56,875 nt of DNA, taken from IMG/VR virus record IMGVR_UViG_3300023076_000003, positions 1-56,875 of that record; one strand, 5' to 3'. The notes under the pieces were generated by a model, which made no database searches, was not told the origin of the DNA, and saw only the letters and a list, made by a program, of their open reading frames with translations. The position numbers were made by a program, and so were the translations under genes. Shown here piece after piece: positions 1-10,010 of this stretch; the stretch's first letter is position 1, and each line of letters starts with the position of its first letter. Source of the DNA: a virus (taxonomy: Duplodnaviria > Caudoviricetes).

Positions 1-126
1 TGCGCTTCAAGGTGGCCCCACGCTATACCTGGAACCTCAATAGAGGCAACCGATGAGATTTTGTCACTGGTTGAAAATCTCAAAGAGCTGAAGAAACAAG
101 AAGCAGAAATAAAAGAAAAAAAAAAA
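1..126. repeat. Terminal direct repeat (left copy), assembly overlap of a circular genome
   Basis: 1-126 identical to 56742-56867; the copies diverge only in/after the poly-A run. Confidence 0.95.
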
Positions 127-330
127 GAGGTCGATATAAAGATCAAAGCTTTTTTCGGTGACAACGAAGCCCTTACGAACAATGAAAAAGTGATAGCTAC
201 GCTTACTAATACCATTCGCTTAGATATCGATGACAAGAAACTTAAGAGCGACCAACCCGAACTATACAAAGAGCTTCAAGCAACTTATGCGAAAGAAGTA
301 TCTTTTAGAACACTTTATTTAAGAAAGTAA
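1..330 (+). CDS. C-terminal part of YqaJ-like exonuclease (continues from 56130 across the junction)
   Basis: Frame 1 is open from base 1 and in frame with the ORF starting at 56130; joined protein about 313 aa. Confidence 0.85.
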   Translation, partial: CASRWPHAIPGTSIEATDEILSLVENLKELKKQEAEIKEKKKEVDIKIKAFFGDNEALTNNEKVIATLTNTIRLDIDDKKLKSDQPELYKELQATYAKEVSFRTLYLRK

Positions 331-433
331 AAATGATGGAAGAAAATGTATTAGAAACGACCTTGAACCTTTTTGAGGTAGAGAAAAATGATTACACATT
401 TAGTTTTGAATTAAATTTAAAGGGGGAATAAAC

Positions 434-1189
434 ATGCAAGATCAACACATTAATTACCCAGAGGTACTCGACTCGGATTCCGAAGGTTTGATAAACAACA
501 GTTCCGTTGCCAAACTCCCTTCCAGAGATCGTATGAGTGTTAACGGATGGGCCATGATGCCTAAAACTTTTTCAGAGCTCCAAGACTTTTGCAACATCTT
601 AGCCAAATCATCCTTTGTGCCTAAAGCCTTTCAAGGGAAACCAGGTGACATTGTGGTTGTGATTCAAATGGGTGCAAGCTTGGGACTGAACCCGTTTCAA
701 GCCTTACAAGGCATTGCTTGTGTTAATGGAAACCCTAAAGTATGGGGCAAGACCCTTCGCGCCCTTGTGTTTAGAACTCCAGGCTTTGAATCTATTGAGG
801 AAAGACTTATAACCGATGGGCCGGAGGATCAACAAGGGGCTATCTGTACGATGACTCATAAAACACGAGGAAGTCTTACAGTTAAGTTTACAATGGCAGA
901 CGCTAGAAAAGCAGGTTTATTGGGTAATCCCACCTGGACTAAATACCCCCTTGTTATGTGCGGACATAGAGCGTTTTCAAGGTGCGCAGATGGTCTTATT
1001 CCAGATGCTACGATGGGCTTTGGCATGGCCGAAAATTCTGAGGCGGATGAAGTTGATATGATTGAGGTTGGAACGGAAGTAACACCAAATCGTTCATTTC
1101 CTGCTAAAGACGGGGTAGATAGAATCTTGGATATGCTGCCTTATAACTCATATGACACAAATATAACTTTAACCGAACAGGAGATTTAA
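434..1189 (+). CDS. recT: RecT/Bet-like single-strand annealing recombinase
   Basis: S.FVPKAFQGKPGDI...G.SLGLNPFQALQGI..VNG.P motif and W.KYP..M...RA motif; lies directly after YqaJ. Confidence 0.8.
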   Translation: MQDQHINYPEVLDSDSEGLINNSSVAKLPSRDRMSVNGWAMMPKTFSELQDFCNILAKSSFVPKAFQGKPGDIVVVIQMGASLGLNPFQALQGIACVNGNPKVWGKTLRALVFRTPGFESIEERLITDGPEDQQGAICTMTHKTRGSLTVKFTMADARKAGLLGNPTWTKYPLVMCGHRAFSRCADGLIPDATMGFGMAENSEADEVDMIEVGTEVTPNRSFPAKDGVDRILDMLPYNSYDTNITLTEQEI

Positions 1190-1336
1190 ATGGAACCAAT
1201 GACACCCCTATTACAACCTGACTTTATAAAGATATCTTGGGCTCAATTCTTTGGATTATCAGCAGCCATTTTGTCGGTCGCTGCCATCATAAGTTTGGGC
1301 ATAACCTACATTGTTATGCGTTGGATTATAAAATAA
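1190..1336 (+). CDS. Small membrane protein (48 aa)
   Basis: AGGAG RBS; MEPMTP...FFGLSAAILSVAAIISLGITYIVMRWIIK, one TM segment; not in the ORF track. Confidence 0.6.
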   Translation: MEPMTPLLQPDFIKISWAQFFGLSAAILSVAAIISLGITYIVMRWIIK

Positions 1337-1358
1337 ACATTTAACAAAGGAGCATACC

Positions 1359-1472
1359 ATGGACTTCTTCAACGTGTGTTTAGGAACGGGAATCCTATTA
1401 ATTGTAGTTCAAACTTATAGAGGGATTGAAGCATATAAGGAGCACAAAACAAACCCTAGAACCTATGATTGA
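1359..1472 (+). CDS. Small hydrophobic protein (37 aa)
   Basis: AAGGAG RBS; MDFFNVCLGTGILLIVVQTY... Confidence 0.5.
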   Translation: MDFFNVCLGTGILLIVVQTYRGIEAYKEHKTNPRTYD

Positions 1473-1478
1473 AGACCA

Positions 1479-1501
1479 AGACCGCACATCAAATGCGGTC
1501 T
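1479..1501 (+). terminator. Intergenic hairpin, possible terminator
   Basis: AGACCGCA/TGCGGTCT inverted repeat, weak U tail. Confidence 0.35.
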
Positions 1502-1545
1502 AATTCACATGTTATTCTGTTACCTACAACAAGGAGTAAACACCC

Positions 1546-1728
1546 ATGACACCCGAACAACTTATAAGATTTGAAGCTACCCGCATCGCATGCGATTACC
1601 TATCAAAAGCAGAGCGTTTTATTTCACATGATGATGCTCACAATATGGTTGTGTTCGCTCACACCATAGAAGAATACATAACCAAAGGCTCAACTATTGA
1701 AATCGTCGATTCTGAGGATGTATCATGA
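1546..1728 (+). CDS. Hypothetical protein
   Basis: AAGGAG RBS; ATGA overlap with the next gene. Confidence 0.65.
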   Translation: MTPEQLIRFEATRIACDYLSKAERFISHDDAHNMVVFAHTIEEYITKGSTIEIVDSEDVS

Positions 1729-2024
1729 CCATTCTCAAAATGAACAAAAAAAAGAAAGCACCAACCGCTTTGGATATGGCTAAAGCTATCCAAGAATTGA
1801 CGGGCCTGGATATCAAAGCTGAAGCGGCCAAATGCAAAGGGCGTAATGCCCTGTTGGCTCAATACAAACTTTCTAAGATAGTTTTAGATGCCCTACTTCT
1901 AAAAGTAGATTTTTTTCCTGTTCAACTCATTCATGAATTAACAGGTTGCATTATTGCTTATAAAAACATCATCCAGGAAATAGAAAAATCTAAAGAAGCA
2001 CCCACTCCTACATTTGAAAGGTAA
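1725..2024 (+). CDS. Hypothetical protein
   Basis: Operon-coupled ORF. Confidence 0.65.
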   Translation: MTILKMNKKKKAPTALDMAKAIQELTGLDIKAEAAKCKGRNALLAQYKLSKIVLDALLLKVDFFPVQLIHELTGCIIAYKNIIQEIEKSKEAPTPTFER

Positions 2025-2030
2025 AAAACC

Positions 2031-2309
2031 ATGCAAGTTAATCAGATAAAAGAGAACTTAAATCTTCTTAGGATCGCTATGGAATCCTTCCCCAAAGACA
2101 GTGAAGAAGCCGCCCAATATGTTGGTGCACTTCCCATTGAACATGTACGGGCTACCGTGGACTCACTCTATGTCATGTCTACGGTAAGCAATAATCTGCA
2201 AAAAAAGCTTTTGTGCTTCTTTTCCCATAACTCACAGGAATTGCTTGATACAGCTGAAGAGCATTTAAACAATCTGGAAAAAGAATCTTCTTCAGGCGCG
2301 CGTTCGTAA
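2031..2309 (+). CDS. Hypothetical protein
   Basis: Operon-coupled ORF ending at a terminator. Confidence 0.65.
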   Translation: MQVNQIKENLNLLRIAMESFPKDSEEAAQYVGALPIEHVRATVDSLYVMSTVSNNLQKKLLCFFSHNSQELLDTAEEHLNNLEKESSSGARS

Positions 2310-2313
2310 GCTT

Positions 2314-2355
2314 AAAAAAAAAGGAAATGGGGGTTGATACCTGCCCATTTCCTTT
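2314..2355. terminator. Bidirectional intrinsic terminator between convergent operons
   Basis: AAGGAAATGGG (2321-31)/CCCATTTCCTT (2344-54); the A-run 2314-2322 gives a U tail on the minus strand. Confidence 0.75.
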
Positions 2356-2490
2356 AAAAGGGTGCTCGCTCTGGCCAGCGACATGCACCCATTTATCTAT
2401 TTTCATTATACATCTTCCGCCACGCGTGTGGGGAAGGCTGTAGAGGCCTAGAAGCCTCATATAAAATATAGACTTTTATCTAAGACGGCG

Positions 2491-4227
<1,737 letters not shown>

Positions 4228-4297
4228 CTATAGACACAAATCTATCTTTTAATCACAATACATGCAACTAAACATAACTCTTTTAACAGGCTTAATC

Positions 4298-4846
4298 ATG
4301 GAACAGAAACCAGACGTTCAAGGGTGCCCCTGCTGCAAAAAAAAGGTTAAAAAGTCCCTTCATCCCATTGTTTTTAACGGTACAAAAAGCTATTTCTTAT
4401 GTGCAGATTGTAAGAAGGAATACATATTATGTGTGTATCAAGAAGAAACATCTGTTGATACCAAACTGGAAAAAATGGGCATTACTCGTCGTCAATTCTA
4501 TTGGCAGCTCAAATCAATTCCTTTTTACAAAGTAAAAGAAGACCCATTAAAAATAAAGGCTCAACAAGAAATAATACAACTATACAAAGAGGGTTATAAT
4601 AAAGCATCTATCCGTGAAAAAACAGGATACTCAAAACATCTGGTTCGAAAGTCTCTTAACAAGCTTTTTAGAGATACGAACAAAAATAAAAAGCTTGAGA
4701 TTATCTTACCTTGGAACCTTTGGGAAACCCTCCATGAGAAGGTCCCCAAAGTTTTGTTGAGTGAGTATGTTTCTAAAAGTATTCAATTATGTCTTCGCCA
4801 TCATCCGTATGTGAATCTTCTTTCTTCCATATGCGATCATCCGTGA
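4298..4846 (+). CDS. Putative transcription regulator (Zn ribbon plus HTH-like)
   Basis: CPCC...CADC pair and IIQLYKEGYNKASIREKTGYSKHLVRKSL HTH-like segment; start at 4262 or 4298. Confidence 0.5.
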   Translation: MEQKPDVQGCPCCKKKVKKSLHPIVFNGTKSYFLCADCKKEYILCVYQEETSVDTKLEKMGITRRQFYWQLKSIPFYKVKEDPLKIKAQQEIIQLYKEGYNKASIREKTGYSKHLVRKSLNKLFRDTNKNKKLEIILPWNLWETLHEKVPKVLLSEYVSKSIQLCLRHHPYVNLLSSICDHP

Positions 4847-5081
4847 TTTGAATCTGCGCACGCTTTAAGGCTTCTAATAAGTTTGTACCAAAGCCATAGA
4901 GTGAGTTGGTATTGGCGTCCCGAACTAAGAACTTTTCGCTTTCCATGTCATAGCGTACTTTGAGTACGATATCTTCCTTTATCATATCGTTTTCTAAATC
5001 GTTCATGCTCAACCACAATTTGGTATAAGCAACACTGGTAGCTGTCGGTGATTGGGATTCTGTTTGTGTCAATAGGTGCAT
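4773..5081 (-). CDS. HicB-like antitoxin-domain protein (orphan)
   Basis: VRYDMESEKFLVRD...LYGFGTNLLEALKRAQIQI resembles the HicB G.T.EEA..NA pattern; GGAG RBS. Confidence 0.45.
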   Translation of the reverse strand: MHLLTQTESQSPTATSVAYTKLWLSMNDLENDMIKEDIVLKVRYDMESEKFLVRDANTNSLYGFGTNLLEALKRAQIQITDDRIWKKEDSHTDDGEDIIEYF

Positions 5082-5295
5082 AAAATTCTCCGTCAGTAAG
5101 TCGTTGTATCCATCAACAACTTAGCGCGGAATCGTCGAGAGCGACAAGTAGAAAATTCTATAAGTTTTAAAATAACGGTTGCCAACGGAAAATCAAGAAT
5201 GAAGGAAAAATGACATAAGACCTTCATTCACATTGCGGATACAACATGGTGACTTATTTTAGCAACCGTTTTTCTTTTCAGGCTTTAACGCCCAC
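5082..5295 (-). ncRNA. Structured 5' leader/riboregulator of the HicB-like gene
   Basis: Nested stems AACGGTTGC/GCAACCGTT and GAATGAAGG/CCTTCATTC; loop segments complementary to the RBS region. Confidence 0.55.
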
Positions 5296-5299
5296 ATAT

Positions 5300-5327
5300 A
5301 GGGTAGCATAAAGGCTTGAAATATCAA
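5300..5327 (-). promoter_or_regulatory. Sigma70-type promoter
   Basis: TTGATA-16-TACCCT with TG extended -10. Confidence 0.45.
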
Positions 5328-5334
5328 GGGTGAA

Positions 5335-5598
5335 CTAAGAAAAAACAGGCTCGGTAGCACGCCTTAAATAGCGCCTAACTTCACTCAATGGGCATTCCCA
5401 TCGATGGCTCATCGTCTTTGAAAAAAAGATTTTATCTGAACAAGGCGCAGTGCTCGTACGGCACCAATATTTAATCCTTTTCAAAGGGATGCCCGTCATG
5501 TATGAAACTTCTTTGGGCGTCACCAAAATATAATCCAACACCTTTGGGTCCGATGTTTTATCTACCAAAAGTTTCATGAGGTTTTCACACCTTTGCAA
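5335..5598 (-). CDS. Excisionase/MerR-like HTH DNA-binding protein
   Basis: LVTPKEVSYMTGIPLKRIKYWCR...W..PLSEVRRYL pattern. Confidence 0.6.
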   Translation of the reverse strand: MQRCENLMKLLVDKTSDPKVLDYILVTPKEVSYMTGIPLKRIKYWCRTSTAPCSDKIFFSKTMSHRWECPLSEVRRYLRRATEPVFS

Positions 5599-5684
5599 TC
5601 GCTCATCCTCTCCAAAGTTGCTAATTCATTTTAAACTTTTTATAGTAACTATATCAATTCCCCCTCGTCTACTAGGAGTATTCT

Positions 5685-6008
5685 ATGCCCGAAAATCTTT
5701 CTACAATTGTAAATGAAAAGATCCAATACGTATCTGAGGCTGTTAAGACGCGCCACATGTCTGAAGGCACAGGTGTTGTCGCCATGCTTGCAGAAATTGT
5801 TACCCAGCTTGTTGATCTCAATCAAAACATTTCTCATTTTATAGGAGCGCAGGTTGAGGTTCCCAAAACATCAAAGGCGGTTGCCAAAACTAACGCGGTC
5901 AAACAAACATCCGTTATCGCAGAGATTGTTGACGATGTATCGGATGCTATCTCCGATGTTGCTGAAGCCGTATCTGATGTCGTTGAAATGATTACCCTTG
6001 GAAAATAG
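5685..6008 (+). CDS. Hypothetical protein with acidic amphipathic C-terminal repeat
   Basis: AGGAG RBS; VDDVSDAISDVAEAVSDVVE. Confidence 0.7.
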   Translation: MPENLSTIVNEKIQYVSEAVKTRHMSEGTGVVAMLAEIVTQLVDLNQNISHFIGAQVEVPKTSKAVAKTNAVKQTSVIAEIVDDVSDAISDVAEAVSDVVEMITLGK

Positions 6009-6016
6009 GAGCTATC

Positions 6017-6286
6017 ATGAGTGAAAATAATAACTTTGCTGAGCAAACCACTATGAACATGCTTGCAAAAATAACTATGCTAGCACAACAAAATTACAGG
6101 ACCATTCCTTGCACCACTGGTCACTTTTGGTCACAAGTGAAAACACATCTTGAAAATTATTTTGGACTTAATAACGCTAAAGACCTTATGAAGAAACATA
6201 AAGATGATGTCACACGTTATATCCAGTTGCTACAAAGCGATCTACAAGATATTGAAGAGATGCAAAAATGGATTGAAAAATTTTAA
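6017..6286 (+). CDS. Hypothetical protein, possibly phage antirepressor C-terminal (ORF6C-like) domain
   Basis: AGGAG RBS; LENYFGLNNAKDL...DDVTRYI weakly resembles that family. Confidence 0.45.
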   Translation: MSENNNFAEQTTMNMLAKITMLAQQNYRTIPCTTGHFWSQVKTHLENYFGLNNAKDLMKKHKDDVTRYIQLLQSDLQDIEEMQKWIEKF

Positions 6287-6732
6287 CGCATGACGCCTTT
6301 GAATTCTTTCATGGCATCTGTAAGTTCGTCAAAAGATTGTATTATCTCAGGCGCCCCGCCTGGGATATGATCTTCTTCATCACAGCTCACCCAATCACGA
6401 AACAAACTAGCTCTTTGCTCATCGGAGGGGGGGCCCTCAAACTTGATAGCATATAAGCCGCCTTTGGACTTCAGGGCCCTCGATAAAGTTTTTCCATAGC
6501 TTTGGGATACATAATCGGCTTTGAACCAAGAGTCAAAAGTAATAACGTAGCCTTCTTCGTCAGGTTGAATGGTGCAATCATTAAGCCATGCCAGATAGAT
6601 CTTTTCTTGAAAGTGAAGAGCTCGCGCAAAGCACCTACGTATCTTTTTGATCGATTCAACTTCATTTTTATTGTTGATAGATTTATCAACGTCCTCATCC
6701 AGAATAACGCCTATTTCACTACGCTCTATCAT
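6283..6732 (-). CDS. Standalone DnaA N-terminal (domain I)-like protein
   Basis: KIYLAWLND...VITFDSWFKADYVSQSYG..L is paralogous to the initiator C-terminus and resembles DnaA domain I. Confidence 0.65.
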   Translation of the reverse strand: MIERSEIGVILDEDVDKSINNKNEVESIKKIRRCFARALHFQEKIYLAWLNDCTIQPDEEGYVITFDSWFKADYVSQSYGKTLSRALKSKGGLYAIKFEGPPSDEQRASLFRDWVSCDEEDHIPGGAPEIIQSFDELTDAMKEFKGVMR

Positions 6733-6928
6733 GAAGCGTTTCCTATCTATACTAACCCTTATACTTCATAGTATACTCTACTTAGAGACTGATGGGATAC
6801 AGCGGATACGTCGCTTTCACCCAACCCCCAAAAACATGCCCAAATTCCGATTCAAAGTTGCCCCCCTTGTGTGGGTAGCCAAAACCCCATCTAGGGGCAT
6901 ACAGACCCCCTTAACGGGGCCGCAATCG

Positions 6929-8170
6929 CTATGCTGGGTCGTCACCCACACCCCTCAGTGTTTTCAAATGTGCCTGCATTCCCAAAACCAGCTTTGATGC
7001 GTATTGTTCGTTTGGAAGAACCGTCGCGTCTGGAACAATCCACACCCTGGGCCGTCTGGAACGCGTCACATCGCCTAACGGTCCTTGGAAGTTCACCCCC
7101 TTAAAACCGCAGTCACCAACGCTGTTTGCAATGATTTGGCCAAACTTTTGCGCCACATGGTCGGCCATAAACCAGCTACTCAAACGGAAAATCAAACGAC
7201 CCGAGTCCTCCAAAATATCCGCCTTCTTCAGCCACGCCGCGTATTCCCCAAAGCCAAGGCTACCTTCGAGTTTCTGCCTTACCTCCTGCCACTCCTCCCC
7301 CTGGACGGGAACACTTGCCACGGCTGAATGCTGGAGAGGACCCACGCCCACCACAGGCTGGGGGGGACTCTCCAAAGCAGGCGCCGATGGCGTTCCCTGC
7401 TCCAGGAGAAGCAATGAAGTAGGATTAGATCTTTTTTCTCCCCCTTCAGGGGAAAAAAGATCAATCCTTATATATGACAAGGGCGGACAATTTGTCCGGG
7501 GTTTTGTCCGGGGTTTGTCCTGGGTTTTGTCCGGGGTGTCGGAGGGGATATCCTCGGTTTCAATATCCTCATTTTTGTCCGCTGTATCCTCTCGGGGAGT
7601 TGGATTTTTTGGCTCTAAACCACAGTCTTGGCGTACTTTTTCAAGCATTTCTTTTACGTATTCTGCGGGTATACTCCGCCCGCTAGCAGCCCATCTTTCA
7701 AGCTCTGGGAGCAAAAAGGCGGACAAAACAGCGGCCATTTTTTCAGATAAAGTGCTCGTCATGAAAGGGTTATTTTTGTGAGGATTATCAACGTGTTCCT
7801 GAATATTTATGTCCTGGGTTTTGTCCTGGGTTTTGTCCGGGGTATGAGCCCCTATTTCATCCGCTTCTTTGACCCTGTACATAGAGCACGAACCCGATGA
7901 TAGACGGATATCAATAAAATCATGATCCTGCAGCTTTTTTAAGATGCGTCTTAGATTTCTTTCAGTCATACCCGTTCTACGAGCCAACCAAGCTTGCGTT
8001 ACCTGCAGCCAACGTTTGCCATCATCATCAACTATAATATCGTCTTTCAAATTGGGGCATGCATATAAATAAAATCTAAAACTCTTAAGAAGAGTAACAC
8101 CGCTTGAACCACACGTTTTCCTAGGGGATCGTTGATAATTTAAAGATTTTTTATATGATTTTATTGGCAT
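6929..8170 (-). CDS. Replication initiator (N-terminal wHTH, internal iterons, C-terminal DnaA domain I-like)
   Basis: TQAWLARRTGMTERNLRRILKKLQDHDFI HTH; WQEVRQKLEGSLG..EYAAWL...SWFMADHVAQKF; iterons inside the gene. Confidence 0.8.
   Translation of the reverse strand: MPIKSYKKSLNYQRSPRKTCGSSGVTLLKSFRFYLYACPNLKDDIIVDDDGKRWLQVTQAWLARRTGMTERNLRRILKKLQDHDFIDIRLSSGSCSMYRVKEADEIGAHTPDKTQDKTQDINIQEHVDNPHKNNPFMTSTLSEKMAAVLSAFLLPELERWAASGRSIPAEYVKEMLEKVRQDCGLEPKNPTPREDTADKNEDIETEDIPSDTPDKTQDKPRTKPRTNCPPLSYIRIDLFSPEGGEKRSNPTSLLLLEQGTPSAPALESPPQPVVGVGPLQHSAVASVPVQGEEWQEVRQKLEGSLGFGEYAAWLKKADILEDSGRLIFRLSSWFMADHVAQKFGQIIANSVGDCGFKGVNFQGPLGDVTRSRRPRVWIVPDATVLPNEQYASKLVLGMQAHLKTLRGVGDDPA
7428..7540. repeat. 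Replication origin: palindrome plus iteron cluster 1
   Basis: GATCTTTTTTCTCCCC-TTCA-GGGGAAAAAAGATC hairpin, AT-rich spacer, then about four TTTGTCC(G/T)GGG repeats. Confidence 0.7.
7809..7843. repeat. Iteron cluster 2
   Basis: Three tandem 12-bp (TTT)TGTCC(T/G)GGG units encoding PDKTQDKTQD. Confidence 0.7.
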
Positions 8171-8218
8171 ATTTTATAAAATCTTTCTTGGGTTAACAGA
8201 CAAACTCTTAAAAGGGTG

Positions 8219-8247
8219 TTGACACGTTTGAAACGTTTCATTAGTCT
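8219..8247 (+). promoter_or_regulatory. Sigma70 promoter facing away from rep
   Basis: TTGACA-17-TAGTCT. Confidence 0.65.
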
Positions 8248-8253
8248 CAAAGT

Positions 8254-8436
8254 TGTTAAAGGCTGATAAAAAAAACCGCCCATCCAGCCCAAAATATTGA
8301 TCTGAAGATAGGGCTTTAAGGCGGTCAAATCACTTTTTCTCCTTATGGGGATAGGGGTTATCGGTTGGAAACTTAGAGAGGCCCGGTATTGATAATGTCG
8401 AAAATGTCACCTGGGCCTCTCACTAAGAAACTTTTT
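8254..8436 (+). ncRNA. Putative counter-transcribed structured RNA antisense to the rep leader
   Basis: Follows the promoter; stems ACCGCC/GGCGGT, AGCCC/GGGCT, CTGATAA/TTATCGG, GAGAGGCCC/GGGCCTCTC, then a T-run. Confidence 0.5.
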
Positions 8437-8470
8437 GTACGTTCTATAAAAAAGGAGGAAGTTAAAAAAC

Positions 8471-8498
8471 ACGATATCATGATTAGAGCAAAGACCAA
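8471..8498 (-). promoter_or_regulatory. Putative rep promoter
   Basis: TTGGTC-16-TATCGT with TG extended -10, pointing toward the rep ATG at 8170. Confidence 0.35.
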
Positions 8499-8577
8499 AG
8501 CCCTATGCTCACAGCATCATATTAAATGTATATTTAACTTTTAAGAAAAATATAAACAAAAAAAGGATTTTTATAGG

Positions 8578-8952
8578 ATGATAGTTATCAAAAAGGCAAG
8601 AAAAGCAGAGTTTAACAAAAGTAAAACGCTAAAAAATATTATCGATCATGTGCACCAAAACATGCCTGAATGGAAGATGTTTTTAGATATGCCCTACGCC
8701 GATGTATTCCTTATTCGATCAATTGAAAAAGAAACTTTAAAAACGATGGGCTCGCCGTGGTCCACCTCTACACATAAAGAGAGGAAAAAATATCAACTGG
8801 CCTGTGTCGTACACGTCTTGCCTGAACAAGAAGAGGTTGACCCTACCGCACAATCTTTCTGGGATACGCTACACATCCCAATTTATAAAGTTGCCGAACT
8901 TAAATTATTTAAATATGACATTCAAGATATGGGGAAAGAATATGAATTTTAA
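8578..8952 (+). CDS. Hypothetical protein
   Basis: 124-aa ORF with RBS, overlaps the next start. Confidence 0.65.
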   Translation: MIVIKKARKAEFNKSKTLKNIIDHVHQNMPEWKMFLDMPYADVFLIRSIEKETLKTMGSPWSTSTHKERKKYQLACVVHVLPEQEEVDPTAQSFWDTLHIPIYKVAELKLFKYDIQDMGKEYEF

Positions 8953-9625
8953 AAAAACATTAACGGCGCTTCTGTTCGCTACAACAGCAGCGTGTGCCAC
9001 GACATGCACCCAAGAGGAAGCGGACAACTTTGAAGGCCCCAAATGGAGGTGTTTCTTTGTTCTTACACCAAAAACAGACAGCCGTGCTGCTTCTTATATG
9101 TTTTCAAGAACCTGTGACGGGTTGCGGGTGGCAAACTATCTAGATGAGAATAAAAAGACTTATTTGGATATACAAAAAGATGATCTTTTTATAAACGGCA
9201 CTGTATTGTCAATGGAAGATAATATTTGTCAGATGTTTGAAAAGTTAAAATCCATATGCAATGTATTTTTTCGCACTGAGTCTGCGTATAATTACTTAGT
9301 AAAGAAAGGATATGATGTAAAGAGATTTGAATACAACTCACCCCTCTTTGCTACACTAACAACTCCTATATTAAAGAAACAAGATTTATATTTCCTACCT
9401 GAGTTAGGTCCATTTTATGGGGTGTTCCAATGGGGAAATAAAATCTTGGACAAAAACATGGATCTGATAGAGAAACCCACACCTGTATTTACAAAACCTT
9501 CTGTTAACCCTGTAGAGGGGAGAGACACAATGTCACCAACCTACGATCCTATAGGTGAAAATAGGAAAAAATCACCTACTTATGACCCTATAGCTAAAAG
9601 AAGTGGATCAAATTATGCAGATTAA
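8942..9625 (+). CDS. Secreted protein with C-terminal SPTYDPI repeat
   Basis: Likely start MNFKKTLTALLFATTAACA (Sec signal). Confidence 0.65.
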   Translation: MNFKKTLTALLFATTAACATTCTQEEADNFEGPKWRCFFVLTPKTDSRAASYMFSRTCDGLRVANYLDENKKTYLDIQKDDLFINGTVLSMEDNICQMFEKLKSICNVFFRTESAYNYLVKKGYDVKRFEYNSPLFATLTTPILKKQDLYFLPELGPFYGVFQWGNKILDKNMDLIEKPTPVFTKPSVNPVEGRDTMSPTYDPIGENRKKSPTYDPIAKRSGSNYAD

Positions 9626-10010
9626 AAAAACATTGCTCTTTGTATCCGCTATAACGTTTGGGGATGCAGCGTATGATGATTTTTTCGGTAATAAGTGGAG
9701 TGCTACCTTTGTGGCACCCACTCATACTGTTACACGCACACCTGACATGATTACGTGGGAAGAAACGGGGATAGTTTACCGTGGTAAAACACAGATTTCG
9801 GTAAAAAACATACACCTCAATCAGAAGATGGATCTTTTCCAATTCGCTTCTATCTTAGGTGAAGATGAAGAGTTCATGGATGTGATGCCTCCTGAGGCTC
9901 ATGAGCTTCTGCGTATTTATCAAGATCACTTAGAAGATGAAAGAGAATTGAACTCACGCCCTATTGTTTGCTCACCTATTCCTTCAGAAGATGAAGAGGA
10001 GGCGGTATGA
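9615..10010 (+). CDS. Secreted protein with acidic tail
   Basis: MQIKKTLLFVSAITFGDAA signal-like N-terminus. Confidence 0.6.
   Translation: MQIKKTLLFVSAITFGDAAYDDFFGNKWSATFVAPTHTVTRTPDMITWEETGIVYRGKTQISVKNIHLNQKMDLFQFASILGEDEEFMDVMPPEAHELLRIYQDHLEDERELNSRPIVCSPIPSEDEEEAV

Noticed and set aside
1-126. Biological terminal repeat (T7-like DTR)
   Set aside because: It cuts through the YqaJ gene and ends at a homopolymer, which is more consistent with an assembly overlap
6733-6928. Readthrough fusion of rep with the downstream DnaA_N gene
   Set aside because: The two ORFs are out of frame, and a stop lies just upstream of the second start
6471-7781. Plus-strand and alternate-frame ORFs (e.g. 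7131..7781, 6647..6997)
   Set aside because: Shadows of the rep and DnaA_N genes, with no RBS or motifs
7491-7843. CRISPR-like or VNTR array
   Set aside because: The 12-bp units have no spacers and lie inside the initiator gene; best explained as iterons. No cas genes are present
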